A DNA stretch of 42,618 nt from Candidatus Eiseniibacteriota bacterium (GTDB taxonomy: Bacteria; Eisenbacteria; RBG-16-71-46; SZUA-252), in contig DASTSZ010000119.1 of NCBI GenBank assembly GCA_035760425.1, positions 1-42,618 of the forward strand, given 5' to 3'. The notes under the pieces were generated by a model, which did no database searches, was not told the origin of the DNA, and saw nothing but the letters and a program-made list of their open reading frames with translations. Made by a program: the position numbers and the translations under genes. Positions 16,889 to 24,316 of this stretch are shown in pieces (position 1 is the first letter of the stretch; each line of letters begins with the position of its first letter).

Positions 16889-17370
16889 CCGCCGCGGCCG
16901 CGATCGACGGTCTCCTGGCGTCGCTCGACGCCCTGCAAGCGTCGGGCGCCTCGCTCCCGGCGCTCCTCGAGGCCGGCATCCGCGGCCTCCACGAGAGCGA
17001 CGATCGCTTCGATTGGACGGGCATCTACGAACTCGGCCCCGACGGCGTGCTTCATCTCGGCGCCTATCAGGGGGAAGCCACCGAGCACACCGAGATCCCC
17101 GTCGGCCGGGGCATCTGCGGGACCGCCGTCGCCGAGAAGCGGGACCTGAACATCCCCGACGTGCGGGAGGTCGGAAACTATCTCGCCTGCTCGCTGAAGA
17201 CCCGCTCCGAACTCGTCGTGCTGATCCGCGACGGCGAGACGATCTTCGCGCAGATCGACATCGACAGCCACCAGGTGAACGCCTTCGACGCCGACGCCAC
17301 GCGCGCGGTCGAACGGCTCGCCGCGTGGTTCGCGCGCGCGTACGTCGCCGCCCGCGCCGTCCGCCCCTAG
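16885..17370 (+). CDS. GAF-domain protein, free methionine-(R)-sulfoxide reductase (fRMsr/YebR)-like
   Basis: The GTG at 16885 overlaps the upstream stop (GTGA). It has WTGIYEL, GRGICGTAV, NYLACS..RSELVVLI and AQIDIDS, which match the fRMsr GAF signature including both Cys positions. Confidence 0.82.
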   Translation: MTAAAAIDGLLASLDALQASGASLPALLEAGIRGLHESDDRFDWTGIYELGPDGVLHLGAYQGEATEHTEIPVGRGICGTAVAEKRDLNIPDVREVGNYLACSLKTRSELVVLIRDGETIFAQIDIDSHQVNAFDADATRAVERLAAWFARAYVAARAVRP

Positions 17371-17407
17371 CGCCGCCGCCGCCCGCGCCGTCCGACCGCC
17401 TTCCCGC

Positions 17408-18094
17408 CTACGGCAGTAGGAACCACGTCTTCTTCGCGAGCGGCGCCGACTCGTGCCCGATGAGGAACGCGCTCTCGGCGGGGACGTTCCCGACGTAGAG
17501 GCGCGGGACGCGCGCGTCGGCCGGCACGTCGAAGACGAGGATCGTCTCGTACGATTCGCCCGGGCGAAGCGGCTCGGACATCGGCGTGCTCACGCGGCCG
17601 GCGGCGGCAAGGGCGGCGGCCGCGCCGGGGAGCGCGGGATAGCGATGGCCGTCGTTGTCGCCCACGAAGATCTCCCGCGGATTCGGTCGAAGCGGGACGT
17701 CGCGCGGACGGCGCGGCGAGATCGTACTGGGATCGAACCAGGTCTTCATCGTCACGACCAGGAACGAGCCGCCCGCCGGGGCCGGACCGCCCGCGCCGAG
17801 CGAGGCCATGCGCTCCACGCGCGTCACGGCGTAGGCGAGATGGCAGTCGATCTCGCAGAAGTACTTCGGCTCGCCCTGCGCGAGGACCTGCTCGCGCGAC
17901 GTGAGCATCGCGCCGGTCCAGACGATCCCGTACGCGAGCGCCACCGCGCCGGCGACCGACGCGCCGGCGACGGCCGAGCGCGGTCGTTTGGAGAGAAGGC
18001 CGAAGAGCGCGCACGCCGATCCGGCGGCGACGAGCAGCGCCGCGGCGAGGAAGGCGAGCGTGACGAACGCGGCATTCGGGGGAACGAAGACCAT
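17408..18094 (-). CDS. membrane-anchored (2 TM) protein with a predicted periplasmic beta-rich domain; contains CEIDCH
   Basis: An AAGGAGGG sits 8 nt before the ATG at 18094. There are two N-terminal hydrophobic helices separated by SKRPRS. The motif YFCEIDCH follows directly after TM2. I recognise no family. Confidence 0.75.
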   Translation of the reverse strand: MVFVPPNAAFVTLAFLAAALLVAAGSACALFGLLSKRPRSAVAGASVAGAVALAYGIVWTGAMLTSREQVLAQGEPKYFCEIDCHLAYAVTRVERMASLGAGGPAPAGGSFLVVTMKTWFDPSTISPRRPRDVPLRPNPREIFVGDNDGHRYPALPGAAAALAAAGRVSTPMSEPLRPGESYETILVFDVPADARVPRLYVGNVPAESAFLIGHESAPLAKKTWFLLP

Positions 18095-18114
18095 GGAACG
18101 ATCCCTCCTTTCGC

Positions 18115-18133
18115 TGCTTTGTATTGCAAAGTA
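18115..18133. promoter_or_regulatory. operator-like palindrome TGCTTT-N7-AAAGTA
   Basis: It sits in the 61-bp gap between the wHTH gene stop (18156) and ATG 18094. It has the same half-sites and spacing as the element at 19178-19196. Confidence 0.45.
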
Positions 18134-18155
18134 ACTGGACGAAGAAACGGACCGG

Positions 18156-18545
18156 CTACGACCGCGCCCAACGAATCACGGCGGCGAGGTGCTCGAGATG
18201 CCGTTCGAGCGCGCGGCGCCCTTCGGCGGTGAGGCGGTACTCGCTCCGCGGCATCCGGTTCTCGAAGGACTTCCGGCAGGCGACATAGCCCGCCTCCTCG
18301 AGCTTCCGCGCGTGAACGGAGAGATTCCCGTCCGTGAGGCCCAGCAGTTCGCGGAGTTCGTTGAACGTGAGCACTTCGTTCACGGCGAGCGCGCTCACGA
18401 TGCCGAGCCGCGCGCGCTCGTGGATGACCTTGTCGAGCGCGGCGAGTCCTTCCGGCGCGGTCGAACGGCGCGCCGCCCGCGGCTCGGGCTTCGTCTCGCG
18501 CGCCTCGGCGCCGCGCGCGCGCGCCTTCGCACGGTCAGCCACCAT
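18156..18545 (-). CDS. winged-helix (ArsR/HTH_34-like) transcriptional regulator
   Basis: It has LGIVSALAVNEVLTFNELRELLGLTDGNLSVHARKLEEAGYV..R.EYRLT.EGR, a classic wHTH. It overlaps the upstream membrane-protein gene by 11 nt. Confidence 0.85.
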   Translation of the reverse strand: MVADRAKARARGAEARETKPEPRAARRSTAPEGLAALDKVIHERARLGIVSALAVNEVLTFNELRELLGLTDGNLSVHARKLEEAGYVACRKSFENRMPRSEYRLTAEGRRALERHLEHLAAVIRWARS

Positions 18546-19137
18546 GCCTCCGCGCGATCACGAGCCCGAACCCGATCTGGAGCCCGCCGAAGCCGAGCGC
18601 CAGGAAGGCGTCGCCCCAGGCGGCGGGGGAGGCGAGGGCGATGGCGCCGATCGCGAGGAACGAGAAGCCGAGTGTCGGAATGAGGGGAATCGACTGCGCG
18701 CCGGCCGTCAGGACCGCGCTCCCGTAGAGCAGCAGCCAGACGCCGGGAAGGAGCGCCGTCATCTCCCGCGCCGCGAGCGCCGCCGTGAGCGCGGCGCCGA
18801 CCGCGATCGGAGCCGCGAGCGCGAGGAAGAAGCGGCGCGAGACGCCCCCGAGCAGGGGAACGCCGGAACGCCGCGCCTTCCCGACCGTGGTCGCCGCGCC
18901 GATCGCGAAGCCCAGGACCGCGGCGCCGAGCCAGATGCGGAGCCACGCGCCCGGATCCGCCGCCGCGTTCGCGAACCAGGCGGCCGCGAGCGCCACGACG
19001 CCCATCGCGACGCCGCCCCAGCCGGGGACCGCCGTGAAGGAGCCGGCGCGCTCCATCGCGGCGCGAATGACGTGGAGGTGTTCGTCGGCGCGGCCCGCCA
19101 GGGAGCGGGTGGCGTCGGTCGGTTCGGGTCGGTTCAT
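18535..19137 (-). CDS. integral membrane protein (unknown family), first gene of the wHTH operon
   Basis: Only the last ~200 codons of track ORF 18535..19359 look coding (MNRPEPTD.. followed by 5-6 hydrophobic helices). An alternative ATG lies at 19152. Confidence 0.68.
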   Translation of the reverse strand: MNRPEPTDATRSLAGRADEHLHVIRAAMERAGSFTAVPGWGGVAMGVVALAAAWFANAAADPGAWLRIWLGAAVLGFAIGAATTVGKARRSGVPLLGGVSRRFFLALAAPIAVGAALTAALAAREMTALLPGVWLLLYGSAVLTAGAQSIPLIPTLGFSFLAIGAIALASPAAWGDAFLALGFGGLQIGFGLVIARRHGG

Positions 19138-19177
19138 CTCGAGGACAAGCATCGGCCGGCGCGGGTTGCGTGGCAAG

Positions 19178-19196
19178 TACTTTTTGATGCAAAGTA
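19178..19196. promoter_or_regulatory. operator-like palindrome TACTTT-N7-AAAGTA
   Basis: It is a perfect 6+6 inverted repeat in the 106-bp divergent region between ATG 19137 (-) and ATG 19244 (+). Confidence 0.45.
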
Positions 19197-19243
19197 TCCG
19201 CCGACCGGTCACCGCCTCGGTCACATCCTCCGGGGCCGCGTGT

Positions 19244-21505
19244 ATGATGCGTGCCATGTTCGCCCCGCTCGCCCGGTACGCCGACTGGCTCCACCTCCGC
19301 TGGCCCGCGGGACGCGTCGAACCGCTTCCCGAGGTGCGCGAGGACGGCGCGACCAACATCCCCGGCGTTTACGTGGCGGGGGACTTGGCCGGCGTGCCGC
19401 TCCTCAAGTTCTCGCTCGATACCGGCGCGCGCGTGGTCGACCGGATCGCGGACGATCTCGCCGCCCGGGGGGCGACCGCCGCCGGCGCCTCCCGCGAGAC
19501 CGGCCCCGGCGGCGAACTCCTCGATCTCGTCATCGTCGGGGGCGGCGTCGCGGGCATGGCGGCGGCGTTCCAGGCGAAGGCGCGCGGCCTTCGGTTCGCC
19601 GTGCTCGAAGTGTCGGAGCCCTTCTCCACGATCGCGAACTTCCCGAAGGGGAAGCCGATCTACACCTACCCGATGGCCATGACGCCGGCCGGCCGCCTCC
19701 AGGTCGGGGCCGTCGTGAAGGAGCCTCTCCTCGAGGAACTCCGCGCGCAGGCGCGATCGGCCGGCATCGAGGCGCGCCCGGCGAAGGCGGAGCGGATCGA
19801 ACGAACCGGCGACACGCTCGCCGTCCACCTGACGTCGGGCGATCCGGTGCGCGCCCGCCGCGTCCTCATCGCCATCGGGCGAAGCGGCGACTTCCGCCGC
19901 CTCGGCGTCCCGGGCGAGTCGCTCGACAAGGTCTCGAACCGTCTCCACGACCCCGCCGACTTCGCGGGGAAGGACGTGCTCGTGGTCGGCGGCGGCGACT
20001 CCGCGCTCGAGACCGCCGTCGCGCTCGGCCGAGCCGGCGCCCGCGTCACGATCGCGCATCGAGGCCGCGAATTCGCCCGGCCGAAACCCGAGAACGTGGA
20101 ACAGGCCGCGCGCGTCGCCACGATCCGGCTCGAAACGCGCGTGACCTCCATCCAGGCCGACCGCGCCGTGCTCGCGGACGCCGCCGGCGCGGAGTCGTCG
20201 ATCCCGAACGACTACGTCTTCACGATGATCGGGCGCGAGGCGCCGCTCGACTTCTTCCGCCGGTCGGGCATCCGCATCCAGGGTGAGATCCATCCCGGCG
20301 GGTGGATGGCGATGGGGCTCTTCGTCCTCTTCTGCACGTGGCTCTACAACTGGAAGTCGGGCGGCTCGGCGTCCGCCTGGTGGGCGGCGCGCCACTGGTT
20401 CCCGTTCAATCTCCCCGATCTCCTCGCCGCCGCGGGCGGAAGCGTCGCGGCCGCCGCGGCCGATCCCCACACGCTCCTCGGCACGCTCGCGATCAGCGCG
20501 GCCGGGCCGTCCTTCTGGTACACGCTCGCCTACTCGCTCGTCGTCACGATCTTCGGCGTCCGCCGCATTCGCCGCCGCCGAACGCCCTACATCACGGCGC
20601 AGACGCTCACGCTCATGGCGATCCAGGTGGTGCCGCTCTTCCTCTTGCCGGAAGTGATCCTTCCTCTGCTCGGCTATCACGGCCTCCTTCCGGCCGGCAT
20701 CGCCGACGCGCTCTTCCCGTCGGTGACGTACGGCCACGGCCGCGAGTACTGGCGCGCCTACGGGTTCATCCTCGCGTGGCCGCTCAACGTCTACAACGTC
20801 TTCACGCACGAGCCGCTCGGCTGGTGGCTCGCCATCTCCGCGGTCCAGACCCTCGTGCTCCTGCCCCTCGGCATCTACTTCTACGGGAAGGGGATCTACT
20901 GCGGATGGATCTGCTCCTGCGGCGCGCTGGCGGAGACGCTCGGCGACACGCATCGCCAGAAGATGCCGCACGGCCCCGGCTGGAACCGGCTCAACCTCGC
21001 GGGGCAGGCGATCCTCGGCGTCGCCGTCGTGCTCTTGTTCCTGCGAATCGCCGGATGGCTCCTCCCCGACGGCAACGCCATCGACGCCGTCTTCGATCCG
21101 GTGCTGAAGACCTCGTACAAGTGGACGGTCGACGTGGCGCTGGCCGGCGTCGTCGGCTACGGGGCCTACTTCTGGTTCTCGGGCCGCGTTTGGTGCCGCT
21201 TCCTCTGTCCGCTGGCCGCGCTCATGCACGTCTACGCGCGCTTCAGCCGCTTCGGGATCGTGGCGGAGAAGAAGAAGTGCATCTCGTGCAACGTCTGCAC
21301 GTCGGTCTGCCACCAGGGGATCGACGTGATGTCGTTCGCGAACAAGGGCGCTCCGATGATCGACCCCGAGTGCGTCCGCTGCTCGGCGTGCGTGCAGTCG
21401 TGCCCGACCGGCGTCCTCGCGTTCGGCCAGGTCGATCGGGCGGGGCGGACGATCGCGCTCGACCTCCTGCCCGCCTCGCCCGTTCGGATGCGGGAGGGCG
21501 CATGA
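19244..21505 (+). CDS. NAD(P)/FAD-dependent oxidoreductase fused to a NapH/NosR-like polytopic 4Fe-4S membrane domain
   Basis: It has DLVIVGGGVAGMAAA and VLVVGGGDSALE Rossmann motifs, and an N-terminal GVYVAGDLAG. Membrane helices carry GWICSCGALAE and WCRFLCPLAAL. The C-terminus has CISCNVCTSVC and CVRCSACVQSCP. The ATG is at 19244 (or 19247/19256). The rest of track ORF 18785..21505 upstream is non-coding or antisense. Confidence 0.88.
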   Translation: MMRAMFAPLARYADWLHLRWPAGRVEPLPEVREDGATNIPGVYVAGDLAGVPLLKFSLDTGARVVDRIADDLAARGATAAGASRETGPGGELLDLVIVGGGVAGMAAAFQAKARGLRFAVLEVSEPFSTIANFPKGKPIYTYPMAMTPAGRLQVGAVVKEPLLEELRAQARSAGIEARPAKAERIERTGDTLAVHLTSGDPVRARRVLIAIGRSGDFRRLGVPGESLDKVSNRLHDPADFAGKDVLVVGGGDSALETAVALGRAGARVTIAHRGREFARPKPENVEQAARVATIRLETRVTSIQADRAVLADAAGAESSIPNDYVFTMIGREAPLDFFRRSGIRIQGEIHPGGWMAMGLFVLFCTWLYNWKSGGSASAWWAARHWFPFNLPDLLAAAGGSVAAAAADPHTLLGTLAISAAGPSFWYTLAYSLVVTIFGVRRIRRRRTPYITAQTLTLMAIQVVPLFLLPEVILPLLGYHGLLPAGIADALFPSVTYGHGREYWRAYGFILAWPLNVYNVFTHEPLGWWLAISAVQTLVLLPLGIYFYGKGIYCGWICSCGALAETLGDTHRQKMPHGPGWNRLNLAGQAILGVAVVLLFLRIAGWLLPDGNAIDAVFDPVLKTSYKWTVDVALAGVVGYGAYFWFSGRVWCRFLCPLAALMHVYARFSRFGIVAEKKKCISCNVCTSVCHQGIDVMSFANKGAPMIDPECVRCSACVQSCPTGVLAFGQVDRAGRTIALDLLPASPVRMREGA

Positions 21506-22260
21506 GCGGCCCGGCGTCCGCGCCACCGCTCCCGCTTCCCGCGGAGGAGACGCTCCGCTTCCTGGAGCGGGTTCTCCCCCCGGCGCCGGCGCGCCTCCTC
21601 GAGGTCGGATGCGGCGACGGTCTCGTGGCGGCGGCCCTCGGCACGCGCGGCTACGATGTCACGGCCCTCGACGAGTCGCTCGCGCCGCACGAGTCGGCGA
21701 CCGCCGCCCGCGTGACCTGGGTCGAGTCGAACTTCCTCTTCTACGAGGAGGGCGGCGCGGGCGCGCCGTTCGACGCGGTCGTCTTCACGCGCTCGCTCCA
21801 TCACATCGCGCCCCTCGATCGCGCGCTCGATCGCGCCGCCGCGCTCCTTGGCCCGGGCGGCCGTCTCATCGCCGAGGAGTTCGCGTTCGACCGCGTCACG
21901 CTCCCGACCGCGCGCTGGTGGTACGACATGGAGTCGGTCCTCGTGGCGGGCGGCCTGCTTTCGCCTCCCGATCCCGCGCTCGCGGCCATCCGCAATCCGC
22001 TCGGCCGGTGGAAGCAGGAGCACGCGCACGATCCGCCGCTACCGACGGGGCACGACATGCTCGCCGCCGTCCGCGAGCGATTCGAGACGGGGCCGGCGGA
22101 GGAGGCGCCCTACCTCTACCGCTACGCGCACGATCGCGCGCTCCCCGGCGCGGCGGCCGAGCGCGCCGTTCGCCAGCTCTTCGAAATCGAGAGCCGCCTG
22201 GCTCGCGAGCGGGACATCGCCGCGGCCGGTCTTCGCATCGTGGCCACGCGCCCCGAATGA
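21502..22260 (+). CDS. class I SAM-dependent methyltransferase
   Basis: It overlaps the upstream gene by ATGA. It has motif I LLEVGCGDGLVAAAL and post-I DVTALDES, followed by FDAVVFTRSLHH and GGRLIAEEF. Confidence 0.85.
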   Translation: MSGPASAPPLPLPAEETLRFLERVLPPAPARLLEVGCGDGLVAAALGTRGYDVTALDESLAPHESATAARVTWVESNFLFYEEGGAGAPFDAVVFTRSLHHIAPLDRALDRAAALLGPGGRLIAEEFAFDRVTLPTARWWYDMESVLVAGGLLSPPDPALAAIRNPLGRWKQEHAHDPPLPTGHDMLAAVRERFETGPAEEAPYLYRYAHDRALPGAAAERAVRQLFEIESRLARERDIAAAGLRIVATRPE

Positions 22261-23030
22261 TCCACGTCGGTCCCGCCGAAACCGCGCTCCTCTGCCTCGC
22301 CGCGTTCCTCGCCGGCGTCGTCGACGCCATCGCGGGCGGCGGCGGCATCATCACCGTGCCCGCGCTCCTCGCCGTCGGCCTTCCGCCTCATTTCGCCCTC
22401 GGCACGAACAAGGGGCAGGCGGTCTGGGGTTCGGCCGCGGCCATCGTCCGCTACGCGCGCGCCGGGCTCCTCGATCGCCGCGCGGCGCTCCGTTCGTTTC
22501 CGATCGCGTTGGTCGGCTCCGCCCTCGGCGCCCTCCTCGTGCTGCGCATCCAGCCGGACGTCCTCCGCCCGCTCATCCTCGTGCTCCTCGTGGCGGCGGC
22601 GATCTTCATCGCTCTGGTCCGCGTGCCGTCGCACACCGAGGAGAACCCGAAGCATCGCTCGGCCCTCCTCCTCGCCCTGATCGCGTTCGGCGTCGGCGGC
22701 TACGACGGCTTCTTCGGTCCCGGCACCGGGACCTTTCTCATCGTCCTCTACGTCGCGTTCCTGGGCATTTCCCTCGCCCGCGCCTCGGCCGACGCCAAGG
22801 TCGTGAACTGCGCCTCGAACTTCGCGGCGCTGGTGGTGTTCACCGCGCAGGGCGTGGTGGTATGGTCCCTCGCGGCGCCGATGCTGCTCGCGCAAATCGC
22901 CGGGGGCTGGACGGGCGCTCATCTCGCGATTCGCGGGGGCAATCGGTTCATTCGCTTGGTGGTGGTCCTGGTCGCGCTGGCCCTCGTCGTGAAGGTCGCG
23001 CGCGATCTCTATCTGCAAGAGGGTTCCTAG
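22257..23030 (+). CDS. TauE/SafE (TSUP) family anion permease
   Basis: It overlaps the upstream gene by ATGA. It has AIAGGGGIITVPALL and GGYDGFFGPGTGTF signature blocks and about 8 TM segments. Confidence 0.88.
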   Translation: MIHVGPAETALLCLAAFLAGVVDAIAGGGGIITVPALLAVGLPPHFALGTNKGQAVWGSAAAIVRYARAGLLDRRAALRSFPIALVGSALGALLVLRIQPDVLRPLILVLLVAAAIFIALVRVPSHTEENPKHRSALLLALIAFGVGGYDGFFGPGTGTFLIVLYVAFLGISLARASADAKVVNCASNFAALVVFTAQGVVVWSLAAPMLLAQIAGGWTGAHLAIRGGNRFIRLVVVLVALALVVKVARDLYLQEGS

Positions 23031-23041
23031 GGGGGACAGCG

Positions 23042-23641
23042 ATGTCGAAACGGATTCACGCGCACTTCTCGTCGGCTCTCTACTTCGTTCTCGTCGCCGC
23101 GGCCCTCGCCGCCTCGTCGTGCTCCAAGCCCCCCGAGAGCGGGGGCGGGACACCGGCCGCCGTCGCGACGGACACCCTTGCGACCGCCGCGCACGGCGCC
23201 TATCTCGCGACGATCATGGGCTGCCACGACTGCCACACGCCCGGAGCCTCCTATGGCGCCCCCGACTTCCAGCGGGCGCTCTCCGGGAGCGACGTCGGCT
23301 GGTCGGGGCCCTGGGGCGTCTCCTATCCCCGGAACCTGACCCCCGACCCCGTGACGGGACTCGGCGCCTGGACGGAAGAGCAGATCATCGTCACGCTCCA
23401 GACCGGGAAACGGCCCGACGGGACGTCGCTACTCCCGCCGATGCCGTGGCCCAACACGGCGACGCTGAAGCCGCGCGACATCCGGTCCCTGGCGAAATAC
23501 TTGAAGAGCATCCTTCCCGTGACCCACTCCGTGCCGGCGGCTTTGCCGCCCGGACGGAAGCCGACGACGCCGGTGATCACCCTGCCGCCGCCGCCGCCGT
23601 GGGACGCGCCCCGGGCGAGCGCGGCGCCGACGACACCGTAG
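23042..23641 (+). CDS. lipoprotein monohaem cytochrome c
   Basis: It has a lipobox (LAASSC), the haem motif CHDCH, and the distal Met region LLPPMPWPN. It lies 11 nt after the TauE gene. A strong hairpin follows at 23688-23711. Confidence 0.85.
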   Translation: MSKRIHAHFSSALYFVLVAAALAASSCSKPPESGGGTPAAVATDTLATAAHGAYLATIMGCHDCHTPGASYGAPDFQRALSGSDVGWSGPWGVSYPRNLTPDPVTGLGAWTEEQIIVTLQTGKRPDGTSLLPPMPWPNTATLKPRDIRSLAKYLKSILPVTHSVPAALPPGRKPTTPVITLPPPPPWDAPRASAAPTTP

Positions 23642-23687
23642 CCGGCCGACCCCGCCGAATCGCGCGGCGGTCCGTGATATCCTTCCA

Positions 23688-23711
23688 GGGGCGGCGCCCG
23701 TGCGCCGCCCC
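23688..23711 (+). terminator. intrinsic terminator-like hairpin after the cytochrome c gene
   Basis: GGGGCGGCGC-ccgt-GCGCCGCCCC forms a 10-bp perfect stem and is followed by gactcgTTTccccc. Confidence 0.55.
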
Positions 23712-23725
23712 GACTCGTTTCCCCC

Positions 23726-24316
23726 ATGAAGGAGCCGCGACCGATGGCCACGATGACGCACCGTACGATCGAACTCCCCGCGGGATTCCGCGCCCCGGAC
23801 GCCGCGATGGTGGTCGCGTCCCTCGACGATCAATCCCGGCTCCTCTTCGACGACCTGAAGGACATCACGCCCGACGAACTCCAGTGGCAGCCGCAGCCCG
23901 GCATGAACACGATCGGAATGCTGCTCGCGCACATGGCCATCGTCGAAGCCTGGTGGACGCTCGTGATCGTGGCGAAGGCCGATCCGGCGTCGGTCGAGCC
24001 GATCCTCGGCATCGGCGACGACGACGACGGCATGCCGATCAAGGAGGGCCAAGAGCCGATCGCGCTCTTGAACGGCAAGGACCTCGCGTTCTATCGCGAC
24101 CTGCACGCGAAGGCGCGCGCCTACATCACGAAGATGACCGCGACCCTGACGGAGGCCGACCTAACGGCGGAAGTCGTTCGGAAGCGGCCCGACGGCACCG
24201 AGGTCGGCATCTCCGGACGCTGGTATCTCTACCACGTGCTCGAGCACTTCTCGGGGCACTACGGGCAGATCCTCCTCCTCCGCCATCTCTACAAGGACGC
24301 CGCCGCGCGTGTCTGA
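23726..24316 (+). CDS. DinB-family protein (DinB_2/DUF664-like)
   Basis: It has IGMLLAHMAIVEAWW.. and a C-terminal YHVLEHFSGHYGQILLLR. Confidence 0.8.
   Translation: MKEPRPMATMTHRTIELPAGFRAPDAAMVVASLDDQSRLLFDDLKDITPDELQWQPQPGMNTIGMLLAHMAIVEAWWTLVIVAKADPASVEPILGIGDDDDGMPIKEGQEPIALLNGKDLAFYRDLHAKARAYITKMTATLTEADLTAEVVRKRPDGTEVGISGRWYLYHVLEHFSGHYGQILLLRHLYKDAAARV

Noticed and set aside
18395-21526. A 1043-aa minus-strand ORF and the 650/652-aa plus-strand ORFs (18334..20286, 20302..22260) span the regulator/oxidoreductase region.
   Set aside because: All are Arg/Pro/Gly-dominated. They overlap frames with clear Rossmann, 4Fe-4S, wHTH and methyltransferase motifs. Only the C-terminal part of 20302..22260 (from ATG 21502) is real.
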